Numbered from the stretch's first letter, positions 1 through 9,801 are shown. The stretch is 64,000 bases of DNA from Candidatus Omnitrophota bacterium (GCA_016782425.1 JADHYN010000005.1:6502-70501); one strand, 5' to 3'. Program-made: numbers and translations. The notes: generated from the letters alone by a model not told the origin.

Positions 1-3000
1 AAAAGATGATCTTTTAGGCTTTAATACGCCTATACGGCAGTTTCCCGCTATAGTGAATGCCCTTGACTGCTACGGCCTTGGCCTCGGAACCGATGATTAC
101 CTTGCGTATGCTAAGGAACTGCTTGAGACACTGCCACCGGCTCTAAGACAGGAATATCTGTTCCATGAAGCGCTCTGTCATTATTTCCCTGAAAAAGCCG
201 GCCATCAGATCGCAAGACGCATCCAGATGATGTTATTTCCTGATAACTACAAAGATGTTACGCCACGGGTAGGGGACGAGAATCCAGAGTTAACCGGCCA
301 GCTTACGCTCGCCTTATATAAATTTATCGAATTCGGGCTGGATACAGCTACAGCTACGAAAAAGAAGCTAACCAAGGCGCCTTCTTATAAGTTCGGCTTA
401 GATGCAAAAGGCATGGGCAGCGAATACATAATATTAAGAAAGGATATGCTTAATATACATGCTGATTGGGCGCTAGATCAAACTGTGTTGGGACGCTTAA
501 GACTGGCCGAAACTATCGGCGAGAGAATCAAGATACTTCTGGAGGAAAGCGGATCAAGCTATGAAGAAATGGCTCAGCACACAGGAGTGAGGAAACTCCA
601 GTTAGAAAGGTGGATTGAAAAGCGGACAAGTGTTTATCCGCAATACATAAAAAAACTGGCTGCTTTTTTTGCCATAGATCCCTCTCTCATCATAGAGGGA
701 AAAACAACATGGCAAGCGCTCACTGACCAAACAAAAAATTGCGGCCAGAGAGTCGAGCTCTTGCGAATAGCCGCGGGAAAAGCTATCTACGATTTTAAGC
801 CAACGGGAATACCCGCTCCTGTCTTTTCGATGTGGAAAAACCGGCCCTATTATCCTGTCGAGCACCCGTATCTTAAGGCCTTCTGCGGCCATGTCGAAGT
901 CGGATGGAAAGATCCTGCAATGCTTTTATCCGGAAAACCGCTTTTGAATGCCCTTATTGACGCAGCAAATGATGCCGTGTTACACGCAAAAAGAATGAGG
1001 GATAGCGGTAAGTTGGAAGCCGCTTTAAAAGACAGGATTTTTATGGCACAGGCGCGAAAAGACTTATTACTTCTTGACGCAGAAGAAAATGGGAACACTG
1101 AAGGCGTTCACAAGTTGATTGCTGCCTTTAGATTGAAGCTTTTGAACGCCGACATAGGTAAAACAAAAGGCGCTGTTATTCAAGAAATTTCTGAAGAAAC
1201 GGGCATATCGATACAGCAGATCAGAAAACCTTTTAACGGAACAAATATTGGTAACGACAGCGTACGGCAGGCGATAAGTCAGTATTTTGATATTTCCGAA
1301 TCCCTTATCTTTGACGGGGAACCTCTTGAGTCCGATATAAATAAACTTGTCGGAATGAAATTTGTAAGGGTCCCTATAACACAAACCTCATATAGCAAAC
1401 GCATACAGTTCGTGCTGGCGTTTATAAATAAAAACTCCGAGTCACTACTTAAGCCCTCTCCGGAACTGGAAGAGGTGCTTGCGCGTCATGGCGTAAAAAT
1501 TGTTATAGCAAAACGTTCCGGGCGCAAGGGTACGACTGCAGCACTTGTAGATGCCTTCGTAGAGGAAAAGCCAAAACCCGAGGAACCTAAAGAAACACAC
1601 AAGCCTAAACCTTCAGCTAAAGAAGTTAGAGCTGCGGAAGATGTCTCGGATCTTCATCAAGCCCTGCTAAATGAAGTTAAGCGGCTAAGAAGAGAAGGCG
1701 GCCGGGCAATGACCCACAAGGATTATTTAGATGCACTATCATTATTTCATCGCGCTTTTGACATAGCTGAAGCAGCATTAGCGCAAGCCGAAAATAAAGG
1801 CTATGCTGCCTCTTTATCACGATTGATGGCAGCGCTTCAAAGTAGAATTGCTAGTGCAGAAAAACTCTGCTCTGCCGAAGATAGAAGAAGAGCTGATAAG
1901 GAAAGGGAAACAGCAAATCGAGAGTTCCGGCAAGGAATCGCGGACAAAGAAATAGCGCATCAGAATGAGGGCTGGGCTGCGACATTAAGCCTCCTGGATG
2001 AAGCAGCTCAAGAACGGAAACTAAAAGCACTAAAGGAGAAGGCAGCAAAAGAAGTGCAGCCTCAAAGAGTCAAATTACGCAATACTTCGCAAAGAATCAG
2101 AGAGGCCATGCGTTTGAGTTTGAAAAATGCTAGCAATAGGATTCATATTGTTGGACAAAGAATGAGAGAGTTCGGATCGTCTATAGAAGAAGTAAAAAGA
2201 CAAAGAGAGAGAGATGCCCTGGCAGGAAGAAATAAAGACACTCGACAAGAAGATGCGATTCTCCTGATAAACGCTGCGATAACCGCTTTAAAAAACCTTA
2301 TGGAAACTGAAAGGTTTGAGGGCATAAAGGATGCGGGGCTTTTGCCATCGGTTAGAAATGCATATTTCGAAGGTGCAAATTTCAAAGAAACATACGGCGA
2401 TGACGCGGAAATCGATTTGTTTTTTGAAGAACTATCCGAAACTATAGAGCTAGCCAATACGCGCAGGGAGGGATGGATAAGAAGAGAAGAAGAGCGCTCT
2501 CAAGCGCTTGCTTCAATCACTAAGAAACCTAGGGAATTAGCCAGAAGAATTGAGTCAGCGCGGAAAAAGCTCGCGTCAGGAACCGCTCTGAGTACCAGGG
2601 AAAGCCAAGCTTGCCTTGAAGCTTCATTTGCCGCTATGCGCGATTCGCTATCGCAAAAGATAGGTGCTGTTGACGGCAATCTTCCAAGGTCGCTTGAAGA
2701 TATGATGCAACACCTACAAGAAATACAGGAAGCATTACAAATCTTATTCCCTGAGGAAAAACAAAGGGGCGAAACATCGCCAAATACCGGCTCACCCGCC
2801 GGGCTTCTTGAATACCTGAGAGACAACACTGAGCTACTACGAGAAGCTTTAAATAAGAATGGGATAACTCTTAGAAAAGTAAATAAAACAAGGTTCAAAC
2901 CTAAAACAGATAAACAATATAAGGATAAAACAAAAAAATTAGAATTTCAGATCCTCATCGATCTCGGCATTTTCGAACCCATCAAGGGCGACCCTTATGA

Positions 3001-3754
3001 TTGTCGTTTTACCGAGATGATGAAAGGTAAGGATCTAAACTACACTGAAAGCCTTATTAACAGAATAATCGATATACGCTACAGAGTCGGGAAGCGGGGA
3101 GATAAGCCGTTATACAGATATGATTTTCGAAAAGAGGCACCTGCCGCACTTAAAACCGTTTATGAACTCGTAAAGATGGCTGCTCTGGAACATATATCCG
3201 TTACTTCAAAAGAGACAAAGACTTTGTGGCACATCATTGACGAGGATCTTCTTGCTTTTTCACAAAAGTCGCTCATCACTGAAATAAATAAAACTTTCAG
3301 AAATTCCAAAGCGCCTGAGCGGATAAGGATAGTCAGAGGTAACGAAATCGCCGGCACAATAGCAGAAATTAGCGGGAGAGATTCGAGTGCAGCTTTTGAT
3401 GTTGGATTGAGCAATGCGAACCTAATTAGCAAATTACCGGATGATGTTAAAATGCTTGTATTTAAGCGGAGCGGGGGAGACTTCGAACATCTGGAAGGTA
3501 TTATTGCCGCATTAAACGCGCTTCATCTCCCAAAAGAAAAGAAAATAGGCGCGCTCTTAAGGATCTACCGAATCCTGCATAACGGAAAAGAATACAAACT
3601 AAAAATCCCGGCACATGTGATGGCTGCGCTATTGGACGATTCCAAAGCGTTCGCGCAGCGCTTTATTTTTGATCTGCCAAGGACCGCTGTAACGAATTAC
3701 GATGAAAAGCGAAAGCTGAACGAGCGTCTTCTCAAAATCCTCCTCTCCGCCTAA
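1..3754 (+). CDS. Giant multidomain protein, N-terminus probably cut by the window edge
   Basis: The ORF track gives 53..3754 (1233 aa, GTG start). The same frame is open from nt 2 with no stop, so at least 1250 codons are visible. It has three XRE/Cro-like HTH modules: aa ~148-215 (EEMAQHTGVRKLQLERWIEKRTSVYPQYIKKLAAFFAIDPSLIIEG), a degenerate copy at ~232-294, and ~355-422 (ISEETGISIQQIRKPF...YFDISESLIFDG). A ~400-aa K/E/R/A-rich helical region follows, then modules shared with ORF 46603..52020. Confidence 0.8.
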   Translation, partial: KDDLLGFNTPIRQFPAIVNALDCYGLGLGTDDYLAYAKELLETLPPALRQEYLFHEALCHYFPEKAGHQIARRIQMMLFPDNYKDVTPRVGDENPELTGQLTLALYKFIEFGLDTATATKKKLTKAPSYKFGLDAKGMGSEYIILRKDMLNIHADWALDQTVLGRLRLAETIGERIKILLEESGSSYEEMAQHTGVRKLQLERWIEKRTSVYPQYIKKLAAFFAIDPSLIIEGKTTWQALTDQTKNCGQRVELLRIAAGKAIYDFKPTGIPAPVFSMWKNRPYYPVEHPYLKAFCGHVEVGWKDPAMLLSGKPLLNALIDAANDAVLHAKRMRDSGKLEAALKDRIFMAQARKDLLLLDAEENGNTEGVHKLIAAFRLKLLNADIGKTKGAVIQEISEETGISIQQIRKPFNGTNIGNDSVRQAISQYFDISESLIFDGEPLESDINKLVGMKFVRVPITQTSYSKRIQFVLAFINKNSESLLKPSPELEEVLARHGVKIVIAKRSGRKGTTAALVDAFVEEKPKPEEPKETHKPKPSAKEVRAAEDVSDLHQALLNEVKRLRREGGRAMTHKDYLDALSLFHRAFDIAEAALAQAENKGYAASLSRLMAALQSRIASAEKLCSAEDRRRADKERETANREFRQGIADKEIAHQNEGWAATLSLLDEAAQERKLKALKEKAAKEVQPQRVKLRNTSQRIREAMRLSLKNASNRIHIVGQRMREFGSSIEEVKRQRERDALAGRNKDTRQEDAILLINAAITALKNLMETERFEGIKDAGLLPSVRNAYFEGANFKETYGDDAEIDLFFEELSETIELANTRREGWIRREEERSQALASITKKPRELARRIESARKKLASGTALSTRESQACLEASFAAMRDSLSQKIGAVDGNLPRSLEDMMQHLQEIQEALQILFPEEKQRGETSPNTGSPAGLLEYLRDNTELLREALNKNGITLRKVNKTRFKPKTDKQYKDKTKKLEFQILIDLGIFEPIKGDPYDCRFTEMMKGKDLNYTESLINRIIDIRYRVGKRGDKPLYRYDFRKEAPAALKTVYELVKMAALEHISVTSKETKTLWHIIDEDLLAFSQKSLITEINKTFRNSKAPERIRIVRGNEIAGTIAEISGRDSSAAFDVGLSNANLISKLPDDVKMLVFKRSGGDFEHLEGIIAALNALHLPKEKKIGALLRIYRILHNGKEYKLKIPAHVMAALLDDSKAFAQRFIFDLPRTAVTNYDEKRKLNERLLKILLSA
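2942..3127 (+). other. Conserved module A (copy in the left giant ORF)
   Basis: aa 964-1025 EFQILIDLGIFEPIKGDPYDCRFTEMMKGKDLNYTESLINRIIDIRYRVGKRGDKPLYRYDF aligns without gaps to aa 729-790 of ORF 46603..52020. 36 of 62 positions are identical by hand count. Confidence 0.8.
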
Positions 3755-3789
3755 AGAATTCTCTCCGCCCCGGCCGCTTCGATTTTCAC

Positions 3790-3818
3790 TTGACAGGGGA
3801 GGCGAGTTCTGGTATAAA
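3790..3818 (+). promoter_or_regulatory. Sigma70-type promoter (TTGACA, 17 nt, TATAAA)
   Basis: TTGACA at 3790-3795 and TATAAA at 3813-3818, with an exact 17-nt spacer. It lies upstream of the DUF1846-guaA operon. Confidence 0.6.
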
Positions 3819-3845
3819 ATTATTACATGAGAAGACATCCAAGGC

Positions 3846-3888
3846 GGGGTGAAGGTTCATAGGAGAACTTTCACCCCGATTTGTTTTT
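3846..3888 (+). terminator. Intrinsic-terminator-like hairpin inside the operon leader (possible attenuator)
   Basis: GGGGTGAAGGTTC (3846-3858) pairs with GAACTTTCACCCC (3865-3877) with one mismatch, followed by TTTGTTTTT (3880-3888). It sits between the promoter and the start codon. Confidence 0.5.
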
Positions 3889-3900
3889 AGTAACCGTTTC

Positions 3901-5436
3901 ATGAAAGGGGCGCGCGTGAAACCAAAATCAATAGGGTTCGACAATGAAAAATACCTGAGAGAGCAAACCCATGCTATCCTTGAAAGGGTAAAGAAGTTTG
4001 ACAACAAGCTTTATCTCGAGTTCGGGGGCAAGCTCATCTTTGACTATCACGCCTCTAGGGTGCTGCCGGGTTTCGACCCAAACGTTAAAATACGCCTTTT
4101 ACAAAAGCTTAAAGACAAAGCCGATATAATACTCTGTATATACGCAGGGGACATAGAGAGGCGAAAAGTGAGAGCTGATTTCGGTATAACCTACGATGCC
4201 GACGCCTTTAAACTAATTGATGACTTAAGGGAATGGGGACTGGATATAACGGCTGTGGTGATTACGCGATTCGCTGATCAGCCGGCTGCAAAAATATTTA
4301 AGAACAAGCTCGAGCGGCGGAACATACGCGTATATACGCACGGATTCACCAAGGGCTACCCTCACGACGTAAACACGATAGTGAGTAACGCGGGCTACGG
4401 AAAAAACGATTACATAAAAACAAAAAAACCGCTGGTTGTGGTTACGGCGCCCGGGCCCGGAAGCGGAAAACTCGCCACGTGCCTCGCTCAGCTTTACCAT
4501 GAAAATAAGCGCGGTGTTAAAGCCGGTTACGCAAAATTTGAGACATTCCCCATATGGAACATCGCGCTCGACCACCCTGTAAACGTAGCGTACGAGGCCG
4601 CTACCGCGGATTTAAAAGATTTCAACCTGATTGACCCGCATCACATGAAAGCCTATAAAGAAGAGTCTATAAATTACAACCGCGATGTCGAGGCTTTCCC
4701 CGTACTAAAAAGCATATTAAAGAAGATAATGCGGTCGAAGGACATATATAACTCTCCGACTGACATGGGTGTTAACTGCGCCGGTTTCGGCATTATAAAC
4801 GACTCCGCTGTAAGAGAGGCCGCAAAACAGGAGATTGTCCGTCGGTACTTCAGATATTCGTGCGAATACATGATGGGGCTGGCTGATAAGGACACTGTAA
4901 AACACATAGAAGCTATAATGAAAAAGATGAAGCTCGATCCGTACAAAAGACGCGTTGTGAAGCCCGCGCGCCGTGCCGCGGAAGAGGCCGAGCGAAAGAA
5001 AAAAGGTAATGAAGGAATATTCTGCGGCGCTGCACTGGAACTTAAAAATGGCGCTCTTGTAACCGGAAAGAATTCGCCTCTCATGCACGCAGCTTCAAGC
5101 CTTGTGCTGAACGCAATCAAAACAATGGCCGGCATATCCGACAATATACACCTTCTTTCGCCGGCTACCATACAAACCATTGCAAATCTAAAGAAAAATA
5201 TTTTATCCGCCAAAACAGTGAGCCTGGACCTGGAAGAAACGCTAATTGCTCTAAGTATAAGCGCGGAAATAAATACCGTCGGGAAACTTGCCCTCGGTAA
5301 GCTCAAAGAACTCCAGGGTTGCGAAGCGCACATGACCTACATGCCCCTTCCGGGTGATGAAGCGGGTTTAAGAAAACTGGGCATAAACCTTACAACAGAT
5401 CCGAAATTTTCAACGCAGAGCCTCTTTGTCACATGA
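3901..5436 (+). CDS. UPF0371 / DUF1846 family protein
   Basis: The N-terminus ...SIGFDNEKYLREQTHAILERV...LYLEFGGKLIFDYHASRVLPGFDPN and a length of ~500 aa match my recollection of the UPF0371 family. The start could instead be GTG 3916, which is preceded by AAAGGGG. Confidence 0.8.
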   Translation: MKGARVKPKSIGFDNEKYLREQTHAILERVKKFDNKLYLEFGGKLIFDYHASRVLPGFDPNVKIRLLQKLKDKADIILCIYAGDIERRKVRADFGITYDADAFKLIDDLREWGLDITAVVITRFADQPAAKIFKNKLERRNIRVYTHGFTKGYPHDVNTIVSNAGYGKNDYIKTKKPLVVVTAPGPGSGKLATCLAQLYHENKRGVKAGYAKFETFPIWNIALDHPVNVAYEAATADLKDFNLIDPHHMKAYKEESINYNRDVEAFPVLKSILKKIMRSKDIYNSPTDMGVNCAGFGIINDSAVREAAKQEIVRRYFRYSCEYMMGLADKDTVKHIEAIMKKMKLDPYKRRVVKPARRAAEEAERKKKGNEGIFCGAALELKNGALVTGKNSPLMHAASSLVLNAIKTMAGISDNIHLLSPATIQTIANLKKNILSAKTVSLDLEETLIALSISAEINTVGKLALGKLKELQGCEAHMTYMPLPGDEAGLRKLGINLTTDPKFSTQSLFVT

Positions 5437-6977
5437 AGCATAAAAACTGGATTGCGATTCTGGACTTCGGCTCACAGTATACGCACCTCATCGCAAGGCG
5501 CGTAAGGGAATGCGGGGTATACTCCGAAATAGTCCCATATACGATAACCGCCAAAAGAATTGCCGCGCGAAAGCCAACGGGCATCATTCTCTCCGGCGGC
5601 CCCTCAAGCGTCACAAGCAGGAAGAGCCCTTTGTGTGACAGAAATATTTTCACACTCGGTATACCTGTGCTTGGCATTTGCTACGGCGCCCAACTCATCG
5701 CTAAATCCTTTGGCGGCAAAGTCGCAGCGTCAAAGAAAAGGGAATACGGAAGCGCCACGCTAAAAATCAGATCCCGCGGGAGCCTTTTTAAAAACCTCAA
5801 AATAATCGAAAAAGTCTGGATGAGCCATGGTGACAAAATTATAAAAGTTCCTAAGGGCTTTGCAGTGCTGGCGTCAACAAACTCATCACGCGTGGCAGCC
5901 ATGGAAAACAAGCGCCTCAAAGTCTTCGGCGTCCAGTTTCATCCGGAGGTTGTTCATACACCAAACGGAAAAAAAATAGTTTACAATTTCGTCCGCCGCA
6001 TTTCCGCATGTCCCAGAAGCTGGGACATGCGCTCTTTTGTTAAAAACGCGATAGATGACATAAGGCGACTTGTTGGAAAGGAAAAGGTTCTCTGCGCCTT
6101 AAGCGGCGGCGTCGATTCATCAGTGCTGGCAACATTGCTTTCGAAGGCAATAGGAAAGCGTCTTATCGCAATGTTTATTGACAATGGCCTTTTGCGAAAA
6201 AATGAACGCCGTGCCGTAGAAAAACGCTATAAACAGCATTATAGGATAAACCTTAAGACGGTCGGCGCGGAAGCGCTTTTTCTCAATGCCTTGCGAAAAA
6301 TAAAGGACCCTGAACGAAAAAGAAAAGTAATCGGCAAAACTTTTATAGATATTTTTGCGAAAGAATCTAAGGGGCTTGGCAGAATAAAGTTCCTTGCTCA
6401 AGGCACGCTATATCCGGACGTAATAGAGTCCCGTTCGGCCTTTGGCGGCCCATCGGCAACCATAAAGACCCACCATAACGTAGGGGGGCTTCCTAAAAAA
6501 ATGAAATTCAAGCTCATGGAACCGTTTAAAGAGCTTTTTAAAGATGAGGTGCGTCTGGTAGGTAAAGAGCTCGGCCTTCCGGATAAAATTATTTACCGCC
6601 AGCCGTTCCCCGGGCCGGGGTTGGCCGTGCGCATAATCGGAAACATAACAACCGAGCGGCTAAAAATTCTGCGGGAATCAGACGCAATACTTATAGAAGA
6701 AATAAAGCGCGCGGATGTTTACAAGAGCGTCTGGCAGTCCTTCTGCGTGCTTTTGCCCGTAAAAACCGTAGGGGTAATGGGCGATGAGCGCACCTACGAA
6801 CATACAATCGTAATTCGCGCCGTGACAAGCGCGGACGGAATGACCGCAGACTGGGCGAGGCTCCCTTACAAGTTTTTAAAAAATGTTTCGAACCGCATCG
6901 TAAACGAGGTAAAAGGCGTGAACAGAGTCGTATACGACGTCAGCTCAAAGCCGCCCGCTACGATCGAATGGGAATAG
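5433..6977 (+). CDS. guaA: GMP synthase (glutamine-hydrolysing)
   Basis: GATase N-terminus IAILDFGSQYTHLIARRVRE, ATP-PPase motif SGGVDSSV, C-terminal ...KPPATIEWE, 514 aa. The start overlaps the previous gene by 4 nt. Confidence 0.97.
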   Translation: MKHKNWIAILDFGSQYTHLIARRVRECGVYSEIVPYTITAKRIAARKPTGIILSGGPSSVTSRKSPLCDRNIFTLGIPVLGICYGAQLIAKSFGGKVAASKKREYGSATLKIRSRGSLFKNLKIIEKVWMSHGDKIIKVPKGFAVLASTNSSRVAAMENKRLKVFGVQFHPEVVHTPNGKKIVYNFVRRISACPRSWDMRSFVKNAIDDIRRLVGKEKVLCALSGGVDSSVLATLLSKAIGKRLIAMFIDNGLLRKNERRAVEKRYKQHYRINLKTVGAEALFLNALRKIKDPERKRKVIGKTFIDIFAKESKGLGRIKFLAQGTLYPDVIESRSAFGGPSATIKTHHNVGGLPKKMKFKLMEPFKELFKDEVRLVGKELGLPDKIIYRQPFPGPGLAVRIIGNITTERLKILRESDAILIEEIKRADVYKSVWQSFCVLLPVKTVGVMGDERTYEHTIVIRAVTSADGMTADWARLPYKFLKNVSNRIVNEVKGVNRVVYDVSSKPPATIEWE

Positions 6978-7666
6978 GAATGTACGACCGCGTTTCGCAT
7001 AAAGAGATCGTCGATACCTTTTTCAAAAGAACGTCTCTGGCACCGTCCAAAAAAACGCCCGTGACGGGCCGAAAAAAAAACCGTCTCCCGTTGTTATTTA
7101 CGGCGTTTTTACTTCTTGCATTCTTCTCATGTTTGGTTATAATAATACTAAATAGGGGGGGATATCTAAAGAGCGGTTTAGCCGGGTACGATGCCGCGCA
7201 AAGGGTAGAGAACCTCGTTGCCGACGGCGTTGCCAATCGCGCCATTATTGAGGAAGTCTGGTTCGAGGGAGACGCGGCAACTGAAAGTTCATTCTTAAAA
7301 AGCTCGATACGGCTTGTTAATCAGGGCCCCGAGGGAAGGGCCGCGCTTACGATCAGCCTTAAAGAGCGCCTGAACCTGAAGAATAAATCGATACTCATAA
7401 CAGCGAGAAGCGAAGGGGCCCTTGCAGGATTCAAGCTTCTTTTGCGGGATAAAAAGGGCGATTTTTTTACGGCGAAAGAAGTGGGCCTGGCGAGCCGCTG
7501 GAGCCGCGAACATATTTTTATTCAGGTAAAAAAGAACCGTAATTTTAATTTTGACGGGGTTTCCGCGCTTAAGATAGAATTCGGTTCAAAAACCGCTGGT
7601 AATCGACAGGGTGCAGTTATCTACATAAAAGACATCTTAATACGGGAAGGGGACGTAAGCAAATGA
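6968..7666 (+). CDS. Hypothetical single-pass membrane protein with a beta-rich C-terminal domain
   Basis: A basic N-terminus is followed by a TM helix ([22 protein letters not shown]) and a ~150-aa domain. It overlaps guaA at its start and ends in an ATGA overlap with the next gene. Confidence 0.6.
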   Translation: MGIGMYDRVSHKEIVDTFFKRTSLAPSKKTPVTGRKKNRLPLLFTAFLLLAFFSCLVIIILNRGGYLKSGLAGYDAAQRVENLVADGVANRAIIEEVWFEGDAATESSFLKSSIRLVNQGPEGRAALTISLKERLNLKNKSILITARSEGALAGFKLLLRDKKGDFFTAKEVGLASRWSREHIFIQVKKNRNFNFDGVSALKIEFGSKTAGNRQGAVIYIKDILIREGDVSK

Positions 7667-8754
7667 AGATCATAGCATTGGCCAACCAGAAAGGCGGTTG
7701 TGGAAAAACGACTACTGCAATAAATCTAGCCGCGGGCCTGGCAGAACGCGGCCGGCGCGTACTCTTGATTGATAGCGACCCGCAGGCGCACGCCTCGATC
7801 GGTTTGGGCGCGTTAAAGACCGAGGTCTCCGAAACCATCTACGCCTTATTTACGGAAGAAATCCAAAATTCAAAAAAGATAAACGAGCTTAAAGTAAACA
7901 TCGACCGAAACTTCGACCTCGTGCCATCTCACATAATCCTTAGCACCATAGAACATGAGCTGAAAGAAAGAGAAGACGGACTTCTAATATTGAATAAAGC
8001 AATCAGCCATTCCGAATTGAACTACGACTACGTAATAATCGACTGCCCTCCTAATCTCGGGTTCCTGACCTTCAACGCGCTCAGGGCCGCAACCGACATA
8101 ATAATACCCGTCGAAACAAGCGTGTTCTCTGTTATCGGCGTAGGGAAATTGATAAGCATGGTAGAGCTAATAAAAATAAAGCTCCACCACGCCCCGCACA
8201 TTAAGGGCCTCGTTACGATGCACGACGAATTTTCTGATTTCTCCGTTAGGATGCTTCAAAAAATAAAATATGTTTTTAAGGACCGGCTGCTTAAAATTGT
8301 CGTCTCCTTTGACACGACACTCCGCGAAGCCCAGGAAAAATCTATCCATATTTTTAAAATGAACTCGCAGTCCCGCGCTGCGCACGACTACCTCGCGCTT
8401 GCCGATGAGCTGCTAGCCATGGATAAGGAAGAATCGGCCGAGAATATTTATCAGGAAATGCGCAAGATAATGCACGGCGTATACGGCAACGTGTACTCAA
8501 AGGAAAAAACCTTTAACTTTTACGCGCCGGTCGCAAAAGAGGTTTTCGTCGTAGGGAATTTTAACGACTGGAAAATAGACGATTTTAGCAAGTTGGATCG
8601 GCAGGAAAGCGGCCATTGGGAAAAATCGCTTTACCTTCTGCCCGGAAAATACCGCTATAAGTTCGTCGTTGACGGGCTCTGGTTCTGGGATCCCAAAAAC
8701 TCGGAAAAGGAACCTAATCCATACGGCGATTTCGATTCGGTCTTTCAGGTATAG
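7663..8754 (+). CDS. ParA/Soj-type ATPase fused to a C-terminal CBM48 (AMPK-beta-like glycogen-binding) domain
   Basis: Deviant Walker [23 protein letters not shown] and LLIDSDPQ. The C-terminal ~80 aa read [21 protein letters not shown]...[20 protein letters not shown]...GDFDSVFQV, matching the AMPK-beta GBD pattern (GSFNNW...LPEGEHQYKFFVDGQW..DP). Confidence 0.85.
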   Translation: MKIIALANQKGGCGKTTTAINLAAGLAERGRRVLLIDSDPQAHASIGLGALKTEVSETIYALFTEEIQNSKKINELKVNIDRNFDLVPSHIILSTIEHELKEREDGLLILNKAISHSELNYDYVIIDCPPNLGFLTFNALRAATDIIIPVETSVFSVIGVGKLISMVELIKIKLHHAPHIKGLVTMHDEFSDFSVRMLQKIKYVFKDRLLKIVVSFDTTLREAQEKSIHIFKMNSQSRAAHDYLALADELLAMDKEESAENIYQEMRKIMHGVYGNVYSKEKTFNFYAPVAKEVFVVGNFNDWKIDDFSKLDRQESGHWEKSLYLLPGKYRYKFVVDGLWFWDPKNSEKEPNPYGDFDSVFQV

Positions 8755-8769
8755 TAAGATTCCTTTAAA

Positions 8770-9639
8770 ATGAACTGGTTAGTCCTAGCTTGTGCGTGCG
8801 CTTTTTCAACCGCCACAGCAGCCGCCATTTCAAAACTTCTTCTCCGGACAAGAAATGAGTTTTTCGTAGGGTGGGTACGCTTTCTATTCGTCCTGCCTTT
8901 TTTTGCCTTCATGGTTTGGGCGCAACGTGCGGAATTCTGTTTAAGCGTTGCTTTCTGGAAAACCATAGCCGTAATGCTGCCGCTTGAGCTCGCCGCCTTT
9001 TTACTTTATCTCAACGCGCTTAAAGTTTCGCCTCTCTCGCTTACGTTTCCTTTTCTCGGTTTGACCCCTGTTTTTACTATAATAACGGCTTTTTTATTTC
9101 TAAACGAGACTATTTCGCTGCCCGGCGCGGCAGGGGTGGCGCTCGTTACGATAGGAGCTTACGTCCTGAATGCTGACACCGCAAAATACGGCTTCTGGGA
9201 ACCCTTGAAACGTATATACAAGGAAAAGGGATCCAGGTTCATGGTCCTGGTCGCCCTGATATTCGGCGTCACTTCAGCCCTGGGAAAAAGGGCGCTTCTC
9301 TTATCCGATCCTTTTTTATTTCCTTTTATATATTACAGTATCTTCTTCGCTATTTTAACCCCCATAGCGCTTGTAAAAAAAAGCATAACTTTCAGGCTGA
9401 ATAAAAAAGAGGCTTTCTTGTGTATCGTGCTGGGGCTGATATTCTCAGCGGCTATTTATTTCCATTTCGCAGCGCTTTCCATGGTCAAAGTCCCGTACTT
9501 TATGTCGGTAAAGCGCTTGAGCCTCGTAATAAGCATGATTTACGCATATACGGTATTTAAGGAAAGGCAGATAGGGTGGCGCTTTCTCGGGTCGCTTGTA
9601 ATTACCGGCGGGGTAATACTCCTGGCACTGACAGAATGA
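8770..9639 (+). CDS. EamA/DMT-family transporter
   Basis: 289 aa with about 10 hydrophobic segments in a two-halves organisation typical of EamA. Confidence 0.75.
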   Translation: MNWLVLACACAFSTATAAAISKLLLRTRNEFFVGWVRFLFVLPFFAFMVWAQRAEFCLSVAFWKTIAVMLPLELAAFLLYLNALKVSPLSLTFPFLGLTPVFTIITAFLFLNETISLPGAAGVALVTIGAYVLNADTAKYGFWEPLKRIYKEKGSRFMVLVALIFGVTSALGKRALLLSDPFLFPFIYYSIFFAILTPIALVKKSITFRLNKKEAFLCIVLGLIFSAAIYFHFAALSMVKVPYFMSVKRLSLVISMIYAYTVFKERQIGWRFLGSLVITGGVILLALTE

Positions 9640-9801
9640 GCAAAAGGCTGCGAAATCTTACGGTCTCGCAGCCTTGCCTAATAAGTCCAGCGGATGGCAA
9701 CAGCCTTTTTAGCTCGAAAGCTTGGACCAGACAACTGGTCAATGTGCCGTTGTCATCCAATATCTAGTATACCTAAAAAAACTTAAAAAATCAACCCTTC
9801 G

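Noticed and set aside
4674-5333. A 219-aa antisense ORF inside the DUF1846 gene. Similar long shadow ORFs occur at 11421..12053(-), 14555..15100(-), 18450..18956(+), 25126..25641(-), 27329..27820(+), 32978..33526(-) and 44551..45078(-).
   Set aside because: All lie fully within, and antisense to, genes with strong family signatures. They have low-complexity or Ser/Arg/Leu-rich translations typical of shadow frames and lack an RBS or promoter.
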